A stretch of 64,000 bases of DNA from Planctomycetota bacterium (GCA_038060895.1 JBBTCT010000001.1:192001-256000), one strand, 5' to 3'; counted from the stretch's first letter, positions 37,555-48,713 are shown. A program made the numbers and translations. Notes: generated by a model not told the origin, from the sequence alone.

Positions 37555-40500
37555 CTACGCTTCTTTTGCCTGCGCCGGCGCGGCCTTGATCGCGCGCACG
37601 ATCTCCGACATCCGCGCCTCGTCCGGCAGCGCGTACGGCCGGAACTTCTCGACGGTCCCCGCCTCCTCCACGAACAGCAGTCCCCGGTACAGGCCGAGCT
37701 TCGCCGCCGCGGGCGTGTCGATCAGCTCGGAAGAATCCGAGCCGCTCATCTGGAACAGGATACGGATGCCGAATTCGCGCAGGGTCTTCATGGAGAAGGT
37801 CCGCTTGAGATTGCCCAGCGAGTCGCACCACACAATGCTGAAAATGCCGCGCGACGGCCCCTCGGTCAGGACGTTGACCATGCACTTGTCGGGGGCCGGC
37901 TTGTCGCCTTCGCTGCCCGACATGTCGTACTCATCCCCCTGCCGAAGTTTTCGAAAGCGCTGCAGGTCGTAGACAAATACGTAGATCGGTGGCGCGCCGG
38001 AACCGCCGGTCTCCTCGCGCGCCTTGAGCTCCGCGTCGAGCTCCTCCATGACCTGCGGGACCTTCGCGTACTCGACCATCTCAATCTCGTGCGGCAGCGA
38101 AGCCGCGAGATCCGGGAGGCGCCGCGCGTCGGAAACTTCCGGCGGAGTCCCGTCGAGCACGACGAAGCGCGCCGTCCTCGGCGCGTGGAGCGACGCCAGG
38201 CTGACGATCGTGGACAGGACGACGGCGAGCGATGACTCGCGCTGCTGCCCGACGATCATGAGATTCGAGCCGGCCTGGCGCTGGAAACGCACCTCCGTCG
38301 GCCCCTTGATCGCATTCGCCTCCCCCACCCACGCTCGCGTCGCCACTCCGGTTTCCGCGACGAACGGCCGCGCCAGCCGCTTCCGCAGCAGGTCATTGTT
38401 GCGGATGTCGGAGGGGAGATTCCCTTCGAAGATCGTCGCCGCCTCGCGCGGCTCCCAGCCCGACCGGTCGGTGAGCTGGCGCAATTTCGAGAGGTACTTC
38501 TCCTCGATCTCGTCGGACATCCAGACGACCTGGAAGGGGCTGTTGCCCTCGAGCATGCCGGACATGTCGTTGTAGATCGCTTCGCCGGGCCGCGACAGCA
38601 GGCGCGCGGCGGCGTTGTCGTCGCCGAGGATGAGGAGGGAGTCGGCTTCGTTGCACTGGAGGGCGATGCGGATCCCCATCTGGCCGAGCGTGGCCTTCGC
38701 CAGGGTGTACGAGCCGCCGAGCGTCTGCGAGCCGAGGATGACGTGGACACCGAACGCGCGACCCTGGCGGACGATGCGGTCGAGCATGAGCGCAGCTTCC
38801 TGGGCGGTCGCGTCTTCCTCGGTGAAGAACTCCTGGAATTCGTCGATGAGGAGAAGGGAGCGCGGGAGCTTGGGGCCTTTCCCGTGTTTCCTGTACCCGG
38901 CGAAATCCTGGACACCGGCCGCCCGGTAGAGCTCGGCGCGTTCGCCCAGGTCGCGGTCGATTTTGCGGAGCACGGACAGCCCGAACTCGCGGTCGGACTC
39001 GATGGCGACGACGCGGGCATGGGGAAGGCGGTGGGTCGCGAAGCGCTTGAACTCGACGCCCTTCTTGAAATCGATCAGGTACAGCTCGAGTTCGCTCGGG
39101 TCGTACCACAGGGCCGAGTTGGTGATCATGACGTGGAACAGGGTCGACTTGCCGGAGCCGGTCTTGCCGGCGATGAGCGCGTGCTGCGCGGTGCCCCGGC
39201 CCAGGTCGAGGTACTGCAGCTTGTCGGCCCCGGACCGGCCGAGCGGGATGCGCACGCCGGTCTCGGAACTCTGGCTGCCCCACTGGCCGTCGGGCGGCGC
39301 GACGGTTTCGAACGGGACCTCGACGCGGCCCGCGGCAGCGCACTGCTTGCCGATGGATTGCAGGAGTGGGGTGAGAACGGCCGACTCGGGCGGCGCCTCG
39401 GGCGGGACGACCGCGCGCGGCAGGATTTCCTCGTCGACGGACACGACGTCGTTGGCGATGGAAAGGACAAGGCCGTGGGGGCGGAACCGCGGCGCCGTGA
39501 ACGCAGCGGGGAACTTCTGGCCGCGCTCGTGGAAGAGCAGCGTGAAGACACCGCAGCGGGCTCCGCTGGCGACGATGCCCGCCAGGCGGTCCATCGCCAT
39601 GTCGCTGAAGCCGCGCGGAAAGTCGGCGATGACGAGGAAGCGGTAGGCCTCGGCCATCTGGCCGACTTCGCGGTTGTATTCGTCGATGGAGGCGTAGCGG
39701 TTGCGCAGGTACTTCTGGATGACCTTCTCGATATGCTCGGTCAGCTCGGAGAGTTTCTTCTCGATATGCGCGGGCTCCGTCCAGATCCGCCCGCCGACGA
39801 GCGACTCGTCATCGTCCGCGAGATGCATGAGCGCGGAAAAACTCTGGCCGAGGCCGACCGGGTCCACGAACAGGAACTTCGCCTTCGCGGCGGGAAACGC
39901 CGCGAGCGTCCGGAGCACGGCTCCCGAGACGGTCTCGACCGCCCGCGCGCGGCTTTTCGCATCCGTGCTCACCAGCATGTTCCCGCGCTCGGGGAACGTC
40001 AGCGACAGCGGCAGCGCGAGACGTCCGTTGTCGGGAAGCGAAAACGGTTCCCCGCTCCCCCTCGCCCCCGCGAAGGGACTGAAATCCACGACGGCGTCGC
40101 CCAGGCGGACCGTCGCCGGGAATACCTCCGCCATCCGGTAGTCCCGCCACGAAGAATCGCTCCAGGGCGGAATCTGCTTCAGCCCGTGCGCGCGCGCTTC
40201 TTCCACCGCCTGCATGAACCCGCCGACCGTCTCCGACCAGTCTGCCGCGAGCTTTTGCCGCACCGTCGCGCCCTTCGAGAGAGCCTCGTTCCCGCCCTTC
40301 GACTGCGCGGCGCGGTAGTTCTCCATCTCCTTCCGGTGCCGGTCTTCGGCCGCTCTGGATTCCGCTTCGAAGCGCGTCTCCACGCCAGCCATGCGTTGCG
40401 CATTCCGGCGGCGGACGCGCTCGAGCAACCCCGCGTGCTTCTTCTTCAGCATCTCGATCCGCGGCGCGGCAGCCTTCTTCGCCTCTTCCAGCCCGGTTTC

Positions 40501-41481
40501 CAGCTGCTCGTCAAGATCCGCGACCGCGCCGATCTTGTCTTCCAGCCCCTTCTCGCGGCCCGCCGCGATCCGCTTTCCCACCAGCTCCTCGTGGCTCTTG
40601 AGTTCCGACGTCATTTCAGCGGCGCGGCCGCGAAGGCCGCTGACCAGGTCGCGCGCCTTCGAGCGCAGGGCGTGGAGAGTCGCGAACGCGATGACGAGCG
40701 AGCCGGCGAATACGAGCGGGACCAGCACCGTCGCCCGCTCCTCGAGGTCCGGCCTGAGGAAGTGAATGCCGGCGAAGGCGCCGCCGTGAAGCAACGCCAG
40801 GAGAATGACGGCCGACAGGTAGGAGAAAGTCCGCACCAGGAACAGCCAGAATTCGCGCTTCCGGTACTGCAGGAGGCGCGTCTCCTCGAGAAGCCCCTGT
40901 TTCACCTGGGCGGCAATCTTGTCGGACGCTGCTTCCTGGAAGCGCCCCTGCGCGGCGATGACGTCTTCGGGGCGGACTCTCACGCTGCGGGCAAACACTT
41001 CGACCTCGCCGCGCCATTCCTCCGTTTCTTTCCGGATCGTCACGATTCCTGCGAGCAGCCCGTCCAGCTGCCGGGTCAGCTTCGCCTGCATCTCGTGCAT
41101 CGAATGAAGCGACCGGTCGCGGGCCGTCGCCTGCTCCTTTTTCAGCCGATCGATCTGGCCCGTGAGCTTCCCCTGCGCCCGCTTTGTTGCCGTCTCGAGC
41201 GCCCTGTCCACGGCGGCGAGCCGGCGCGAACCGGCCTCCTGGGCGCGCCGCCGCGCTTCGTCGTGCCGGGCCTTCAGTTCTTTCCGCCGCGCGTCCAGCT
41301 CGCCGGAAAGCTTTGCCGTCGCCTTCGCGAAGGTGTCGTCCTCGTCGCGTTTCTTCCCCGCGGTCCCCCGGTCGGACTCGTCCCGCGCCTCGACGATCTC
41401 CTTCAGCCGCTTCTCGAACTCCGCGACCCGCGCCCGAAGCGCGTCCATTCCCAGCGCCCCCGTGCGGTCGCTCAACTGCAT
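37555..41481 (-). CDS. FtsK/SpoIIIE-family (EssC/EccC-like) membrane ATPase with long coiled coils
   Basis: Two TM helices; HALIAGKTGSGKST, LIDFKKGVEF, LLIDEFQ, RQGRAFGVHVILGSQ; two flanking degenerate ATPase-like domains. Confidence 0.9.
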   Translation of the reverse strand: MQLSDRTGALGMDALRARVAEFEKRLKEIVEARDESDRGTAGKKRDEDDTFAKATAKLSGELDARRKELKARHDEARRRAQEAGSRRLAAVDRALETATKRAQGKLTGQIDRLKKEQATARDRSLHSMHEMQAKLTRQLDGLLAGIVTIRKETEEWRGEVEVFARSVRVRPEDVIAAQGRFQEAASDKIAAQVKQGLLEETRLLQYRKREFWLFLVRTFSYLSAVILLALLHGGAFAGIHFLRPDLEERATVLVPLVFAGSLVIAFATLHALRSKARDLVSGLRGRAAEMTSELKSHEELVGKRIAAGREKGLEDKIGAVADLDEQLETGLEEAKKAAAPRIEMLKKKHAGLLERVRRRNAQRMAGVETRFEAESRAAEDRHRKEMENYRAAQSKGGNEALSKGATVRQKLAADWSETVGGFMQAVEEARAHGLKQIPPWSDSSWRDYRMAEVFPATVRLGDAVVDFSPFAGARGSGEPFSLPDNGRLALPLSLTFPERGNMLVSTDAKSRARAVETVSGAVLRTLAAFPAAKAKFLFVDPVGLGQSFSALMHLADDDESLVGGRIWTEPAHIEKKLSELTEHIEKVIQKYLRNRYASIDEYNREVGQMAEAYRFLVIADFPRGFSDMAMDRLAGIVASGARCGVFTLLFHERGQKFPAAFTAPRFRPHGLVLSIANDVVSVDEEILPRAVVPPEAPPESAVLTPLLQSIGKQCAAAGRVEVPFETVAPPDGQWGSQSSETGVRIPLGRSGADKLQYLDLGRGTAQHALIAGKTGSGKSTLFHVMITNSALWYDPSELELYLIDFKKGVEFKRFATHRLPHARVVAIESDREFGLSVLRKIDRDLGERAELYRAAGVQDFAGYRKHGKGPKLPRSLLLIDEFQEFFTEEDATAQEAALMLDRIVRQGRAFGVHVILGSQTLGGSYTLAKATLGQMGIRIALQCNEADSLLILGDDNAAARLLSRPGEAIYNDMSGMLEGNSPFQVVWMSDEIEEKYLSKLRQLTDRSGWEPREAATIFEGNLPSDIRNNDLLRKRLARPFVAETGVATRAWVGEANAIKGPTEVRFQRQAGSNLMIVGQQRESSLAVVLSTIVSLASLHAPRTARFVVLDGTPPEVSDARRLPDLAASLPHEIEMVEYAKVPQVMEELDAELKAREETGGSGAPPIYVFVYDLQRFRKLRQGDEYDMSGSEGDKPAPDKCMVNVLTEGPSRGIFSIVWCDSLGNLKRTFSMKTLREFGIRILFQMSGSDSSELIDTPAAAKLGLYRGLLFVEEAGTVEKFRPYALPDEARMSEIVRAIKAAPAQAKEA

Positions 41482-41687
41482 TCCTTTCTCGCCCTGCGCA
41501 GGACTTCCTCGATGCGCTGGATCGCCGTGGTCGCCGTCTTCATCGAAGGGAAAAGCCCAGCCAGGTAGTCGCGCTCAAAGTCGTTGCGCGCGTCGTCGTT
41601 CCAGACGGTGCGCGTCTGCTCCCACTGCGCCTGGAGATCCTTGAGCGCCTTCGCCATGATCGCGTCGTTGCCTCCGCCTTCCATCAC
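41472..41687 (-). CDS. Small WXG100-like protein
   Basis: 71 aa, helical, W...RTVWNDDARNDFE; overlaps both neighbouring genes. Confidence 0.75.
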   Translation of the reverse strand: MMEGGGNDAIMAKALKDLQAQWEQTRTVWNDDARNDFERDYLAGLFPSMKTATTAIQRIEEVLRRARKECS

Positions 41688-42184
41688 GCCTTCCCCGGCG
41701 GAATGTGCCCGAAATACTCTTCCAGTTTCTCCACCATCACGTCCAGCCGCGCCAGAGCCCGCGGCGTCGTGCCCTCGAGAAGGATCGAGAAGGCCTTGAG
41801 CGAAGCGAGGGACTTTTCGACCTCGGCGTCAAACAGCACCGCCCATTTCTTCGTCCGCTCGAGCATCGACTCGACCTCCTCCTTCTTCCTCTTCTCACGG
41901 TCCAGCGCTTTCTTCGCGTCGATCGTCGCTTGCGAGGCCTTGCCGGAGGCCGTGAAGCGCGCCCGGTTGTACTCGTTCTGGGCGAGGTTGACCGCATTTT
42001 CGCTGCGGCGCATTTCCTGCTTGAGCTGGACCTGGCGCTCGCCTTTCAGCCATTCGGACGTGCGCTTGATCGACGCATCGACGGCCATCAGGGTGTTGCG
42101 GCAGGTGTTGTCGAACGCGACGTAACGGCCGCGGAAGTGCCGGATGACTTCCGGCGAATCGATGCGTGCGGAGCCCTGGGACAT
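41684..42184 (-). CDS. Coiled-coil protein of the WXG100/FtsK locus
   Basis: MSQGSARIDSPEVIRHFR..., all-helical 166 aa, starts 7 nt after the WXG100 stop. Confidence 0.78.
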   Translation of the reverse strand: MSQGSARIDSPEVIRHFRGRYVAFDNTCRNTLMAVDASIKRTSEWLKGERQVQLKQEMRRSENAVNLAQNEYNRARFTASGKASQATIDAKKALDREKRKKEEVESMLERTKKWAVLFDAEVEKSLASLKAFSILLEGTTPRALARLDVMVEKLEEYFGHIPPGKA

Positions 42185-42191
42185 GGATGCG

Positions 42192-42464
42192 CTACCTCTG
42201 GTCCAGGTACTCCTTGATGCGCTCCGCCTTGCGCAGCAGGAACGGGACGTGCTTGTCGGCGGCGTCCGCAAATTTGGCAAGGGCCCGGATCATCTGCTCG
42301 AACTGCTCCGCGAACTTCGCCTGCTCCTGGTCCTGCCACGTCTCGCCGAGTTTCACGAAACGGTGGTGGAGGGAGGAGATTTCGCCCTTGAGGTCATTAT
42401 TGAAGCGCTTGAGGTCGGCCGCGAAGCGGCGCAGCTCCTCGGGGTCAACGACTGCTCTGGCCAT
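42192..42464 (-). CDS. WXG100/ESAT-6 family protein
   Basis: 90 aa MARAVVDPEELRRFA...GETWQDQEQAKF, helix-turn-helix with a central W. Confidence 0.88.
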   Translation of the reverse strand: MARAVVDPEELRRFAADLKRFNNDLKGEISSLHHRFVKLGETWQDQEQAKFAEQFEQMIRALAKFADAADKHVPFLLRKAERIKEYLDQR

Positions 42465-42564
42465 GGGGGCGGGCTCCGGAAGGATTGCCACTATGTTGAA
42501 TGGGGCGGGGGGGCAAAACAAGGGGGAAGTGGAGGACCCTCTATCGCGGCTGCAAGTTGCGTCG

Positions 42565-42682
42565 TATCCGCGGCTGTTTCCGCGGGATCAGGCTGTTATC
42601 CGCGTATTCCTTTGCCGTTTTTCAAAAGAGAACAAGGGAATACGCGGATAAAAGAATGATTTCGCGGAAACAGCCGCGGATA
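42565..42682. mobile_element. TA-bounded palindromic MITE/REPIN-like element, copy 2
   Basis: TATCCGCGGCTGTTTCCGCG...TTATCCGCGTATTCC...GGAATACGCGGATAA...CGCGGAAACAGCCGCGGATA. Confidence 0.65.
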
Positions 42683-42696
42683 AGGCCGCTTCCGAA

Positions 42697-43806
42697 CTAC
42701 CGACTTCGCCCCGCCGTCCACAAGTAGTAGAACCCGTCCCGTCGTCCCACCAGCTTCTCAATCGACATCGCCACGGCCGCTTCCGGCGACGGCGCCTTTG
42801 AGTCCCCGCGCAGCAGGTCCGCGAACGTCGGCGGCCGCTGATACTGGATCAGCCTCGCGTCCTTGACGCCCGCCAGGTTCTTCGCCACTTCGACCGCGTC
42901 TTCGAACTGTCCCAGCTCGTCGACGAGCCCGTTCGCCTTCGCCTGCCCCCCGGAGTAGATCCTGCCGTCGGCGAGCAGCCGCACTTTCTTCTCGTCCATT
43001 CCCCGTCCCTTCGACACGACGTCCACGAAGCGGTCGTACATCTCCATCAGCATCGACTGGAGCATGGCGCGTTCTTCATCCGTCATGGGGCGCCCCATCG
43101 AGCCGATGTCCTTGTGATCGCCGCTCTTGATGACCTCTTCCTTCACTCCGACTTTCTCAAACAGGCCCTGGAGATTCATGAAGGACATGATCACGCCGAT
43201 GGACCCCGTGATCGCGGTGGGGCTGGCGAGAATCCGGTCGCAGGGAGCCGAGACGTAATAGCCGCCCGAAGCCGCGACGGAACGCATGTAGGACACGAAC
43301 TTGAGGTTCGGGCGCTCTTTCTTGAGCTTCATGATTTCGTAGTGGATCCGGTCGCAATCCGTGATGCCTCCGCCGGGCGAGTCGACGTCGAGGATGACGG
43401 CGACGATGCTGGAGTCGTCTTTCACGCGCCTCAGGTCCTTGATGATCTTGTCGACCATGTCCACGTTCGGGCCGAAGAGGGACGCCGAGCCGGAGGCGAT
43501 GATTCCGTGGACGGGAATGACGGCGATTTTGTTGTCCGAACCCGCGGGCCCGTCCACGTGTCTCTCTACGGTGCCGTCGGCCTGGAATCCGCCCGCGCCG
43601 CCGAGGGCGCCGAGCAGCATGAGGAACATGACCACGTTCAGGCCCAGGCTGCCGATGAGGGTGAGAGTCATCAGGCAGGAGCCGATTCCGAACCCGGCAC
43701 GCCTCGTCGGAGGCTGAGGCGGCAGCGACGGCCACGAGCCCATGGGGGGAGGAGGAGCTCCCGGGGGAAGCGGTCCCTGGGGCGGCGGTGCGGCAGGATC
43801 GCTCAT
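42697..43806 (-). CDS. sppA: Signal peptide peptidase SppA (S49, short form)
   Basis: [42 protein letters not shown]. Confidence 0.92.
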   Translation of the reverse strand: MSDPAAPPPQGPLPPGAPPPPMGSWPSLPPQPPTRRAGFGIGSCLMTLTLIGSLGLNVVMFLMLLGALGGAGGFQADGTVERHVDGPAGSDNKIAVIPVHGIIASGSASLFGPNVDMVDKIIKDLRRVKDDSSIVAVILDVDSPGGGITDCDRIHYEIMKLKKERPNLKFVSYMRSVAASGGYYVSAPCDRILASPTAITGSIGVIMSFMNLQGLFEKVGVKEEVIKSGDHKDIGSMGRPMTDEERAMLQSMLMEMYDRFVDVVSKGRGMDEKKVRLLADGRIYSGGQAKANGLVDELGQFEDAVEVAKNLAGVKDARLIQYQRPPTFADLLRGDSKAPSPEAAVAMSIEKLVGRRDGFYYLWTAGRSR

Positions 43807-44309
43807 TTCCGGGCTCCTTTGGACTTCGCCTTCTTCTTCGCCGGCGCCTTGACGCCTCCACGGCGCCGCGCGACCTCCTCGCGGATGTAGTTCACGATCT
43901 CACCCCCGGTCGTGCCGGGCCCGAACAGTTTCCCGACGCCCAGCCTGCGCAGCGCCGCGTCGTCCTCGGGCGGGATGATGCCGCCTCCGGTCAGTAGGAC
44001 GTTTCCGAGCCCCTTCTCCTTCATGAGCTTTCGCACCTTCGGAAACAGAGTCATGTGCGCGCCCGAGAGAATCGACAGGCCGAGCGCCTCGACGTCCTCC
44101 TGGAGCGCCGCCTCGACGACCTGTTCGGGCGACTGGTGAAGGCCGGTGTAGATGACCTCCATCCCCGCGTCGCGCAGGAGGCACGCGATGACCTTCGCGC
44201 CCCGGTCGTGGCCGTCCAGGCCGACCTTGGCGACAAGGACGCGGATTTTCCGTTCGGGGCCGGGCGCCGCCACGGGGGCGGCCTTGCTACCAGTAGATGG
44301 GTGGCTCAC
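43803..44309 (-). CDS. Methylmalonyl-CoA mutase, cobalamin-binding subunit
   Basis: [26 protein letters not shown]; GTG start inferred after a GGGGAG SD. Confidence 0.9.
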   Translation of the reverse strand: MSHPSTGSKAAPVAAPGPERKIRVLVAKVGLDGHDRGAKVIACLLRDAGMEVIYTGLHQSPEQVVEAALQEDVEALGLSILSGAHMTLFPKVRKLMKEKGLGNVLLTGGGIIPPEDDAALRRLGVGKLFGPGTTGGEIVNYIREEVARRRGGVKAPAKKKAKSKGARK

Positions 44310-45978
44310 GGTACTCCCCATAAACGCCCTGCAGCACGTCGCACATCTCACCGAGAGTCACATGGTTCTTCGCGGCCTCGAGGAAGCGCGGCATCAGGTT
44401 CTCCGTCCCCGCCGCCGCCTCGCGAATCGCGTTCAGGCAGCGCTTGACCGCCGCCATGTCGCGTTTCTTTTTGAACGCCAGCACGTCCTTGACCTGCCGC
44501 CGTTCGGCCGACATCGGAACTTTCAGCAGGTCCATCTTCTCTTCACCGTCGTCCACAAACTGGTTCACGCCGACGACGACGTTTTCGCCGCGGTCGACCT
44601 TGAGCTGGAACTCGTAGGCTGAACGCGCGATCTCGCGCTGGAAGAACCCCTTCTCGATCCCGACCTCGCACCCGTCGAGAATCCCGCCCGTGCCGAGTTC
44701 CTCGATCCGTTTGAAATACGCCTCGGCCTCGCGCTCCATCTGGTCGGTCATCCATTCCACGTAGTACGAGCCCGCGAGCGGGTCCACGGTGTCGGCGACG
44801 CCCGTTTCGTGGGCGATGATCTGCTGGGTACGAAGCGCGATCTTGACCGCCTTTTCCGTCGGCAGCGCCAGGGCTTCGTCCATCGAGTTCGTGTGAAGCG
44901 ACTGCGTCCCGCCGAGGACCGCCGCCATCGCCTCGTATGCCGTGCGGACGATGTTGTTCTCGGGCTGCTGCGCCGTGAGCGAGCACCCCGCGGTCTGGGT
45001 GTGGAAACGCATCTTCCAGCTCGCCGGGTCCTTCGCGCCATAGACGTGCTTCATCCGCTTCGCCCAGATCCGGCGCGCGGCACGGAACTTGGCGATTTCC
45101 TCGAAGAAGTTCATGTGCGAATTGAAGAAGAACGAGAGGCGCGGCGCGAACGAGTCGACGTCGAGCCCGGCCTTGATCCCTGCCTCGACATACGCGAACC
45201 CGTCACCGAGCGTGAACGCGAGTTCCTGCACCGCGGTCGATCCCGCCTCGCGGATGTGGTACCCGGAAATCGAAATCGGGTTCCACTTCGGCGTGTGCTT
45301 CGTGCACCACGCGAACATGTCCGTGATGATCCGCATGGCCGGCTTGACGGGGAAAATCCACTCCTTCTGGGCGATGTACTCCTTGAGGATGTCGGTCTGC
45401 GTGGTGCCTCGGATCTCGCTGAGGTCGGCGCCCTGTTTCTCCGCGACGGCGACGTAGAACGCGAAGACGATCGCCGCGGGAGCGTTGATCGTCATCGACG
45501 TCGAGACCTTCGACAGGTCGATCCCGTCGAACAGCACTTCCATGTCCCTCAGGCAGCAGATCGCCACGCCCTCGCGCCCGACTTCGCCGAGCGCGCGCGG
45601 AGCGTCGCTGTCGACGCCCATCAGCGTCGGCATGTCGAACGCCACCGAAAGCCCCGTCTGGCCCTTCGAGAGCAGGAACTTGTACCGCTCGTTGGTGTCG
45701 TGCGCCGTCCCGAACCCCGCGAACTGCCGCATGGTCCACAGCCGGCCGCGGTACATGTTGGGTTGCACGCCGCGCGTGTAAGGGAATTCTCCGGGCTTCC
45801 CGACGTCCTTCGCCAGGTCGCGCGCCTTCGCGGATTCCGGCCCGTAAAAGACGTCGAGAGGAACGCCGGTCTCAGTCGTCCACGCTTTCTTCGGCGCGGG
45901 AGTGGACTTCGCGGCACGGCCTTCATCAGGCCGCGCGGCCGATTCCGACCGCGACGGCGACGCCTTGAATTCCTGCAT
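44287..45978 (-). CDS. Methylmalonyl-CoA mutase family, catalytic subunit
   Basis: [48 protein letters not shown]. Confidence 0.94.
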   Translation of the reverse strand: MQEFKASPSRSESAARPDEGRAAKSTPAPKKAWTTETGVPLDVFYGPESAKARDLAKDVGKPGEFPYTRGVQPNMYRGRLWTMRQFAGFGTAHDTNERYKFLLSKGQTGLSVAFDMPTLMGVDSDAPRALGEVGREGVAICCLRDMEVLFDGIDLSKVSTSMTINAPAAIVFAFYVAVAEKQGADLSEIRGTTQTDILKEYIAQKEWIFPVKPAMRIITDMFAWCTKHTPKWNPISISGYHIREAGSTAVQELAFTLGDGFAYVEAGIKAGLDVDSFAPRLSFFFNSHMNFFEEIAKFRAARRIWAKRMKHVYGAKDPASWKMRFHTQTAGCSLTAQQPENNIVRTAYEAMAAVLGGTQSLHTNSMDEALALPTEKAVKIALRTQQIIAHETGVADTVDPLAGSYYVEWMTDQMEREAEAYFKRIEELGTGGILDGCEVGIEKGFFQREIARSAYEFQLKVDRGENVVVGVNQFVDDGEEKMDLLKVPMSAERRQVKDVLAFKKKRDMAAVKRCLNAIREAAAGTENLMPRFLEAAKNHVTLGEMCDVLQGVYGEYREPPIYW

Positions 45979-45992
45979 GGTCCCCCCCTTCG

Positions 45993-46958
45993 TTATCTCG
46001 CGAGTCGAGCCGCTCGACGCGGCGTTCCCAGCGTCAACCGGTCCAGCACTTCCTCCGCAGCATCCCCGGGCGTCAGCTTCCCCGCCAGCACGTCCTCGAC
46101 ACGCCCCTCCAGCCACGCCGCCGCCGCCGGGTCGTGCGCCAGCCGGCGCGACAGCGCTTCCTCGACCAGCCTTGCGATCCTGAAGCGCAGTCGCGCAGCG
46201 CGGTGATCACGCAGCGTGCCGTCGCGCTCCATTTTCTCCGTGTGGGCCTCGATCGTGGAAGCGGCTTCGGCGATGCCCTTTCCGGTCGCCGCTGCAGTCT
46301 GGACGATGGCGGGGGCGCGGCGGCTTGTCGAAAGCTCGAAGCTGGAACGGATGGAGGACTCGAGCGCGTCGGCGCCTGCCCGGTCGGCCTTGTTGATGAC
46401 GATGACGTCGGCGATCTCCATGAGGCCCGACTTCATCGCCTGGACGCCGTCGCCCGATTCGGGCGAGAGAATCACGATCGTCGTGTCCGCGACCCGCACG
46501 ATCTCGATTTCGCTCTGGCCGACGCCGACGGTTTCGACCATGACGATGTCCTTGCCGGAAGCGTCGAGCACGTCGCAAGCGTCGTACGTCGCGCGCGCCA
46601 GGCCGCCCAGCGCCCCGCGCGTCGCCATCGAGCGGATGAAGACCCCGGGGTCCATGCCGACGGAGTTCATGCGGATCCGGTCGCCGAGCAGCGCGCCGCC
46701 CGTGAACGGGCTCGACGGGTCCACGGCCACGATCCCGACGGTCCTGTTTTTCGAGCGCCAGTGCTTCGCCAGCTCGCTCACGAGCGTGGACTTCCCCACC
46801 CCGGGAGGCCCCGTGAACCCGATCCGCCGCGCATGCCCCACCCGCGGATAGAGCTCTTCCAGAAGCTCCCGGGCTCCCGCATCGCCGTTTTCGACACTGG
46901 TGATCGCGCGGGACAGGGCGCGACGGTCGCCGGACACGACGAGGGAGGCGAGGGACAT
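45993..46958 (-). CDS. meaB: MeaB/ArgK GTPase (mutase chaperone)
   Basis: [45 protein letters not shown]. Confidence 0.94.
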   Translation of the reverse strand: MSLASLVVSGDRRALSRAITSVENGDAGARELLEELYPRVGHARRIGFTGPPGVGKSTLVSELAKHWRSKNRTVGIVAVDPSSPFTGGALLGDRIRMNSVGMDPGVFIRSMATRGALGGLARATYDACDVLDASGKDIVMVETVGVGQSEIEIVRVADTTIVILSPESGDGVQAMKSGLMEIADVIVINKADRAGADALESSIRSSFELSTSRRAPAIVQTAAATGKGIAEAASTIEAHTEKMERDGTLRDHRAARLRFRIARLVEEALSRRLAHDPAAAAWLEGRVEDVLAGKLTPGDAAEEVLDRLTLGTPRRAARLAR

Positions 46959-47110
46959 GGAAGGGTGATCATAGCGCAGGGCGAAGGGCAGGGAAAGAGG
47001 GCCGCACTGGGTGCGTGGCCGGTGTTGCGAAGGCCTCCGGGCAGGCGGCGGCCCGTAGCGAAAAAAGACAACTTCAACCTTCTGCTGTCCCGGCGAGGCC
47101 CCCCAGCGTC

Positions 47111-48670
47111 TCAACGGCTAATCATGACTCGCACCCTGTCCCCCCACCTCAGGGTCAGGTCCGCCTTCCCGTCCCCGTTCATCTCCCAGATGTCCATTCC
47201 GTCCGGAGCGTCGATTTTCCCCTCGTCCTTCTTGTCGTTCACGTTGAACTTGAATATGTCCGTCTTGTCGAAATCGACCGGCGACTTCTTCAGCAGCGCC
47301 TTCACTTCAATCCCCTTCGCCGCCGAAAGCCACCCGTCGCTGTCGAGCCGCAGAATGTCCCTGCGGCCGTCGCCGTCCCAGTCGCCGTTGAAGCGCAGCT
47401 GGGGCATCCCGCCGCCCTTGTTCATCTTGTCGATGTCGACGTAGATGGTGTCCTTCCAGTCGTATTCCGCGGCGTACGACTGCTTGTTTTTGTCGAAGAG
47501 GTAGATGAAGTACTCGACCGGGACCTTCTGGAATACGACCTTGCCCGCGTTGGAAAGCATGCTGGTTTCGAAGCTCGCGATCGCGATGTCGTCGAACCCG
47601 TCGGCGTTCAGGTCCTCGAGCTGGGGGTTGAGGGAAATCCCCGGAAGAGAGATGCGCCAGTTCGGGGAGAGATTCGCCAGTGCCTGCCCTCGGTTCCCGA
47701 GGTACATGTAGTAGTCGGTCGCGATCGCGTCGAGCTTCGAAAGCTCGCCGCGGGTGAAGCTCGCGACGAAATCGACTCCCCCGCCGCGGTTCACGTCCTT
47801 CAGCGTCGTAATCGCCGTGGCGATCTGGTCCTTCCGCTCGCGCTGCTGAAGGAACTGAAGCTGGAACTGCCCGCTCGGCTCCGAGGGGAACGCGATCCGG
47901 GCTCCTCCGTCCTCCCCCTTCTCCGTCCCCTGCAGGAAGAACACGAACTTGTCGTGCCACACCATGCACACGTCCTGCTTGAAATCTCCGTCCACGTCCT
48001 GGAACTCCACGCGCGGAACCGACTTCACCACGCGCACCCAGGCCGCGCCTCCTTCGGGCGACTCCGACGCCGAGGGCATCGCCAGCGTAAACGCCCGCCC
48101 GTAGACCCCCGGCTTCGTCTGCACGTACAGCCGGTAGGCATCGCTCTGCGGAATCAGCAGGTCCGTCAGTCCGTTACCGTCGAGATCCGGCGGCCACATC
48201 CAGATGGGGAACGAATCTTCCTGCGGCAGGTCGAAAAACGTCTCCACCAGAAGCAGCCGCTTCGCCGCGAGATCGTATTTCCGGTCCTTCTGCTCCCAGA
48301 CCCACGCGCCATCGGCGGCGAGATACCCGATCTCGGTCCCGGGAGACTCCGTGAAATTCCCGAACAGCATCACGGCCGCTTCCGCCGGCACAATCCACGT
48401 CTGGTCCGGCTTCCCGTCCATCGCCTGCCCCGAGACCTGCCACTTCACCGAAACATACCGCGTCGCACGCTTGTCCCCGTCGTGCCCGAAACTCGTGTGC
48501 GTCGCGAGCAGGTCGCCTTTGCCGTCGCCGTCCAGGTCGCAGGGAAAGACGTCCTGGATCTTTCCTTCGTAGCGGACCAGGCCTTCGCTGAAGCGCTCGC
48601 GGTGGAGTTCCTGCGGAAAGGCCGGTAGGGAGAAGAGGAGGGAAACGGCGACGAGGAAGCGTCGGGGCAT
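47111..48670 (-). CDS. Secreted FG-GAP/VCBS repeat protein
   Basis: Signal peptide; DLDGDGKGDLL, DLDGNGLTDLL, DLNADGFDDI, DWDGDGRRDIL. Confidence 0.85.
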   Translation of the reverse strand: MPRRFLVAVSLLFSLPAFPQELHRERFSEGLVRYEGKIQDVFPCDLDGDGKGDLLATHTSFGHDGDKRATRYVSVKWQVSGQAMDGKPDQTWIVPAEAAVMLFGNFTESPGTEIGYLAADGAWVWEQKDRKYDLAAKRLLLVETFFDLPQEDSFPIWMWPPDLDGNGLTDLLIPQSDAYRLYVQTKPGVYGRAFTLAMPSASESPEGGAAWVRVVKSVPRVEFQDVDGDFKQDVCMVWHDKFVFFLQGTEKGEDGGARIAFPSEPSGQFQLQFLQQRERKDQIATAITTLKDVNRGGGVDFVASFTRGELSKLDAIATDYYMYLGNRGQALANLSPNWRISLPGISLNPQLEDLNADGFDDIAIASFETSMLSNAGKVVFQKVPVEYFIYLFDKNKQSYAAEYDWKDTIYVDIDKMNKGGGMPQLRFNGDWDGDGRRDILRLDSDGWLSAAKGIEVKALLKKSPVDFDKTDIFKFNVNDKKDEGKIDAPDGMDIWEMNGDGKADLTLRWGDRVRVMISR

Positions 48671-48713
48671 CGCTGGCATCGTATCACGCGCGGGAAGCGG
48701 GCTTCACGCGCGA

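Noticed and set aside
37555-41481. Cell-division FtsK or a conjugative coupling protein of an ICE
   Set aside because: No gamma domain, relaxase or T4SS genes seen; direct coupling to WXG100-like genes favours a T7SS-like role
46960-47110. Cobalamin riboswitch upstream of meaB and the mutase genes
   Set aside because: No B12-box consensus visible, and a -10 box (TATGAT) lies only 9 nt from the meaB ATG, leaving no leader
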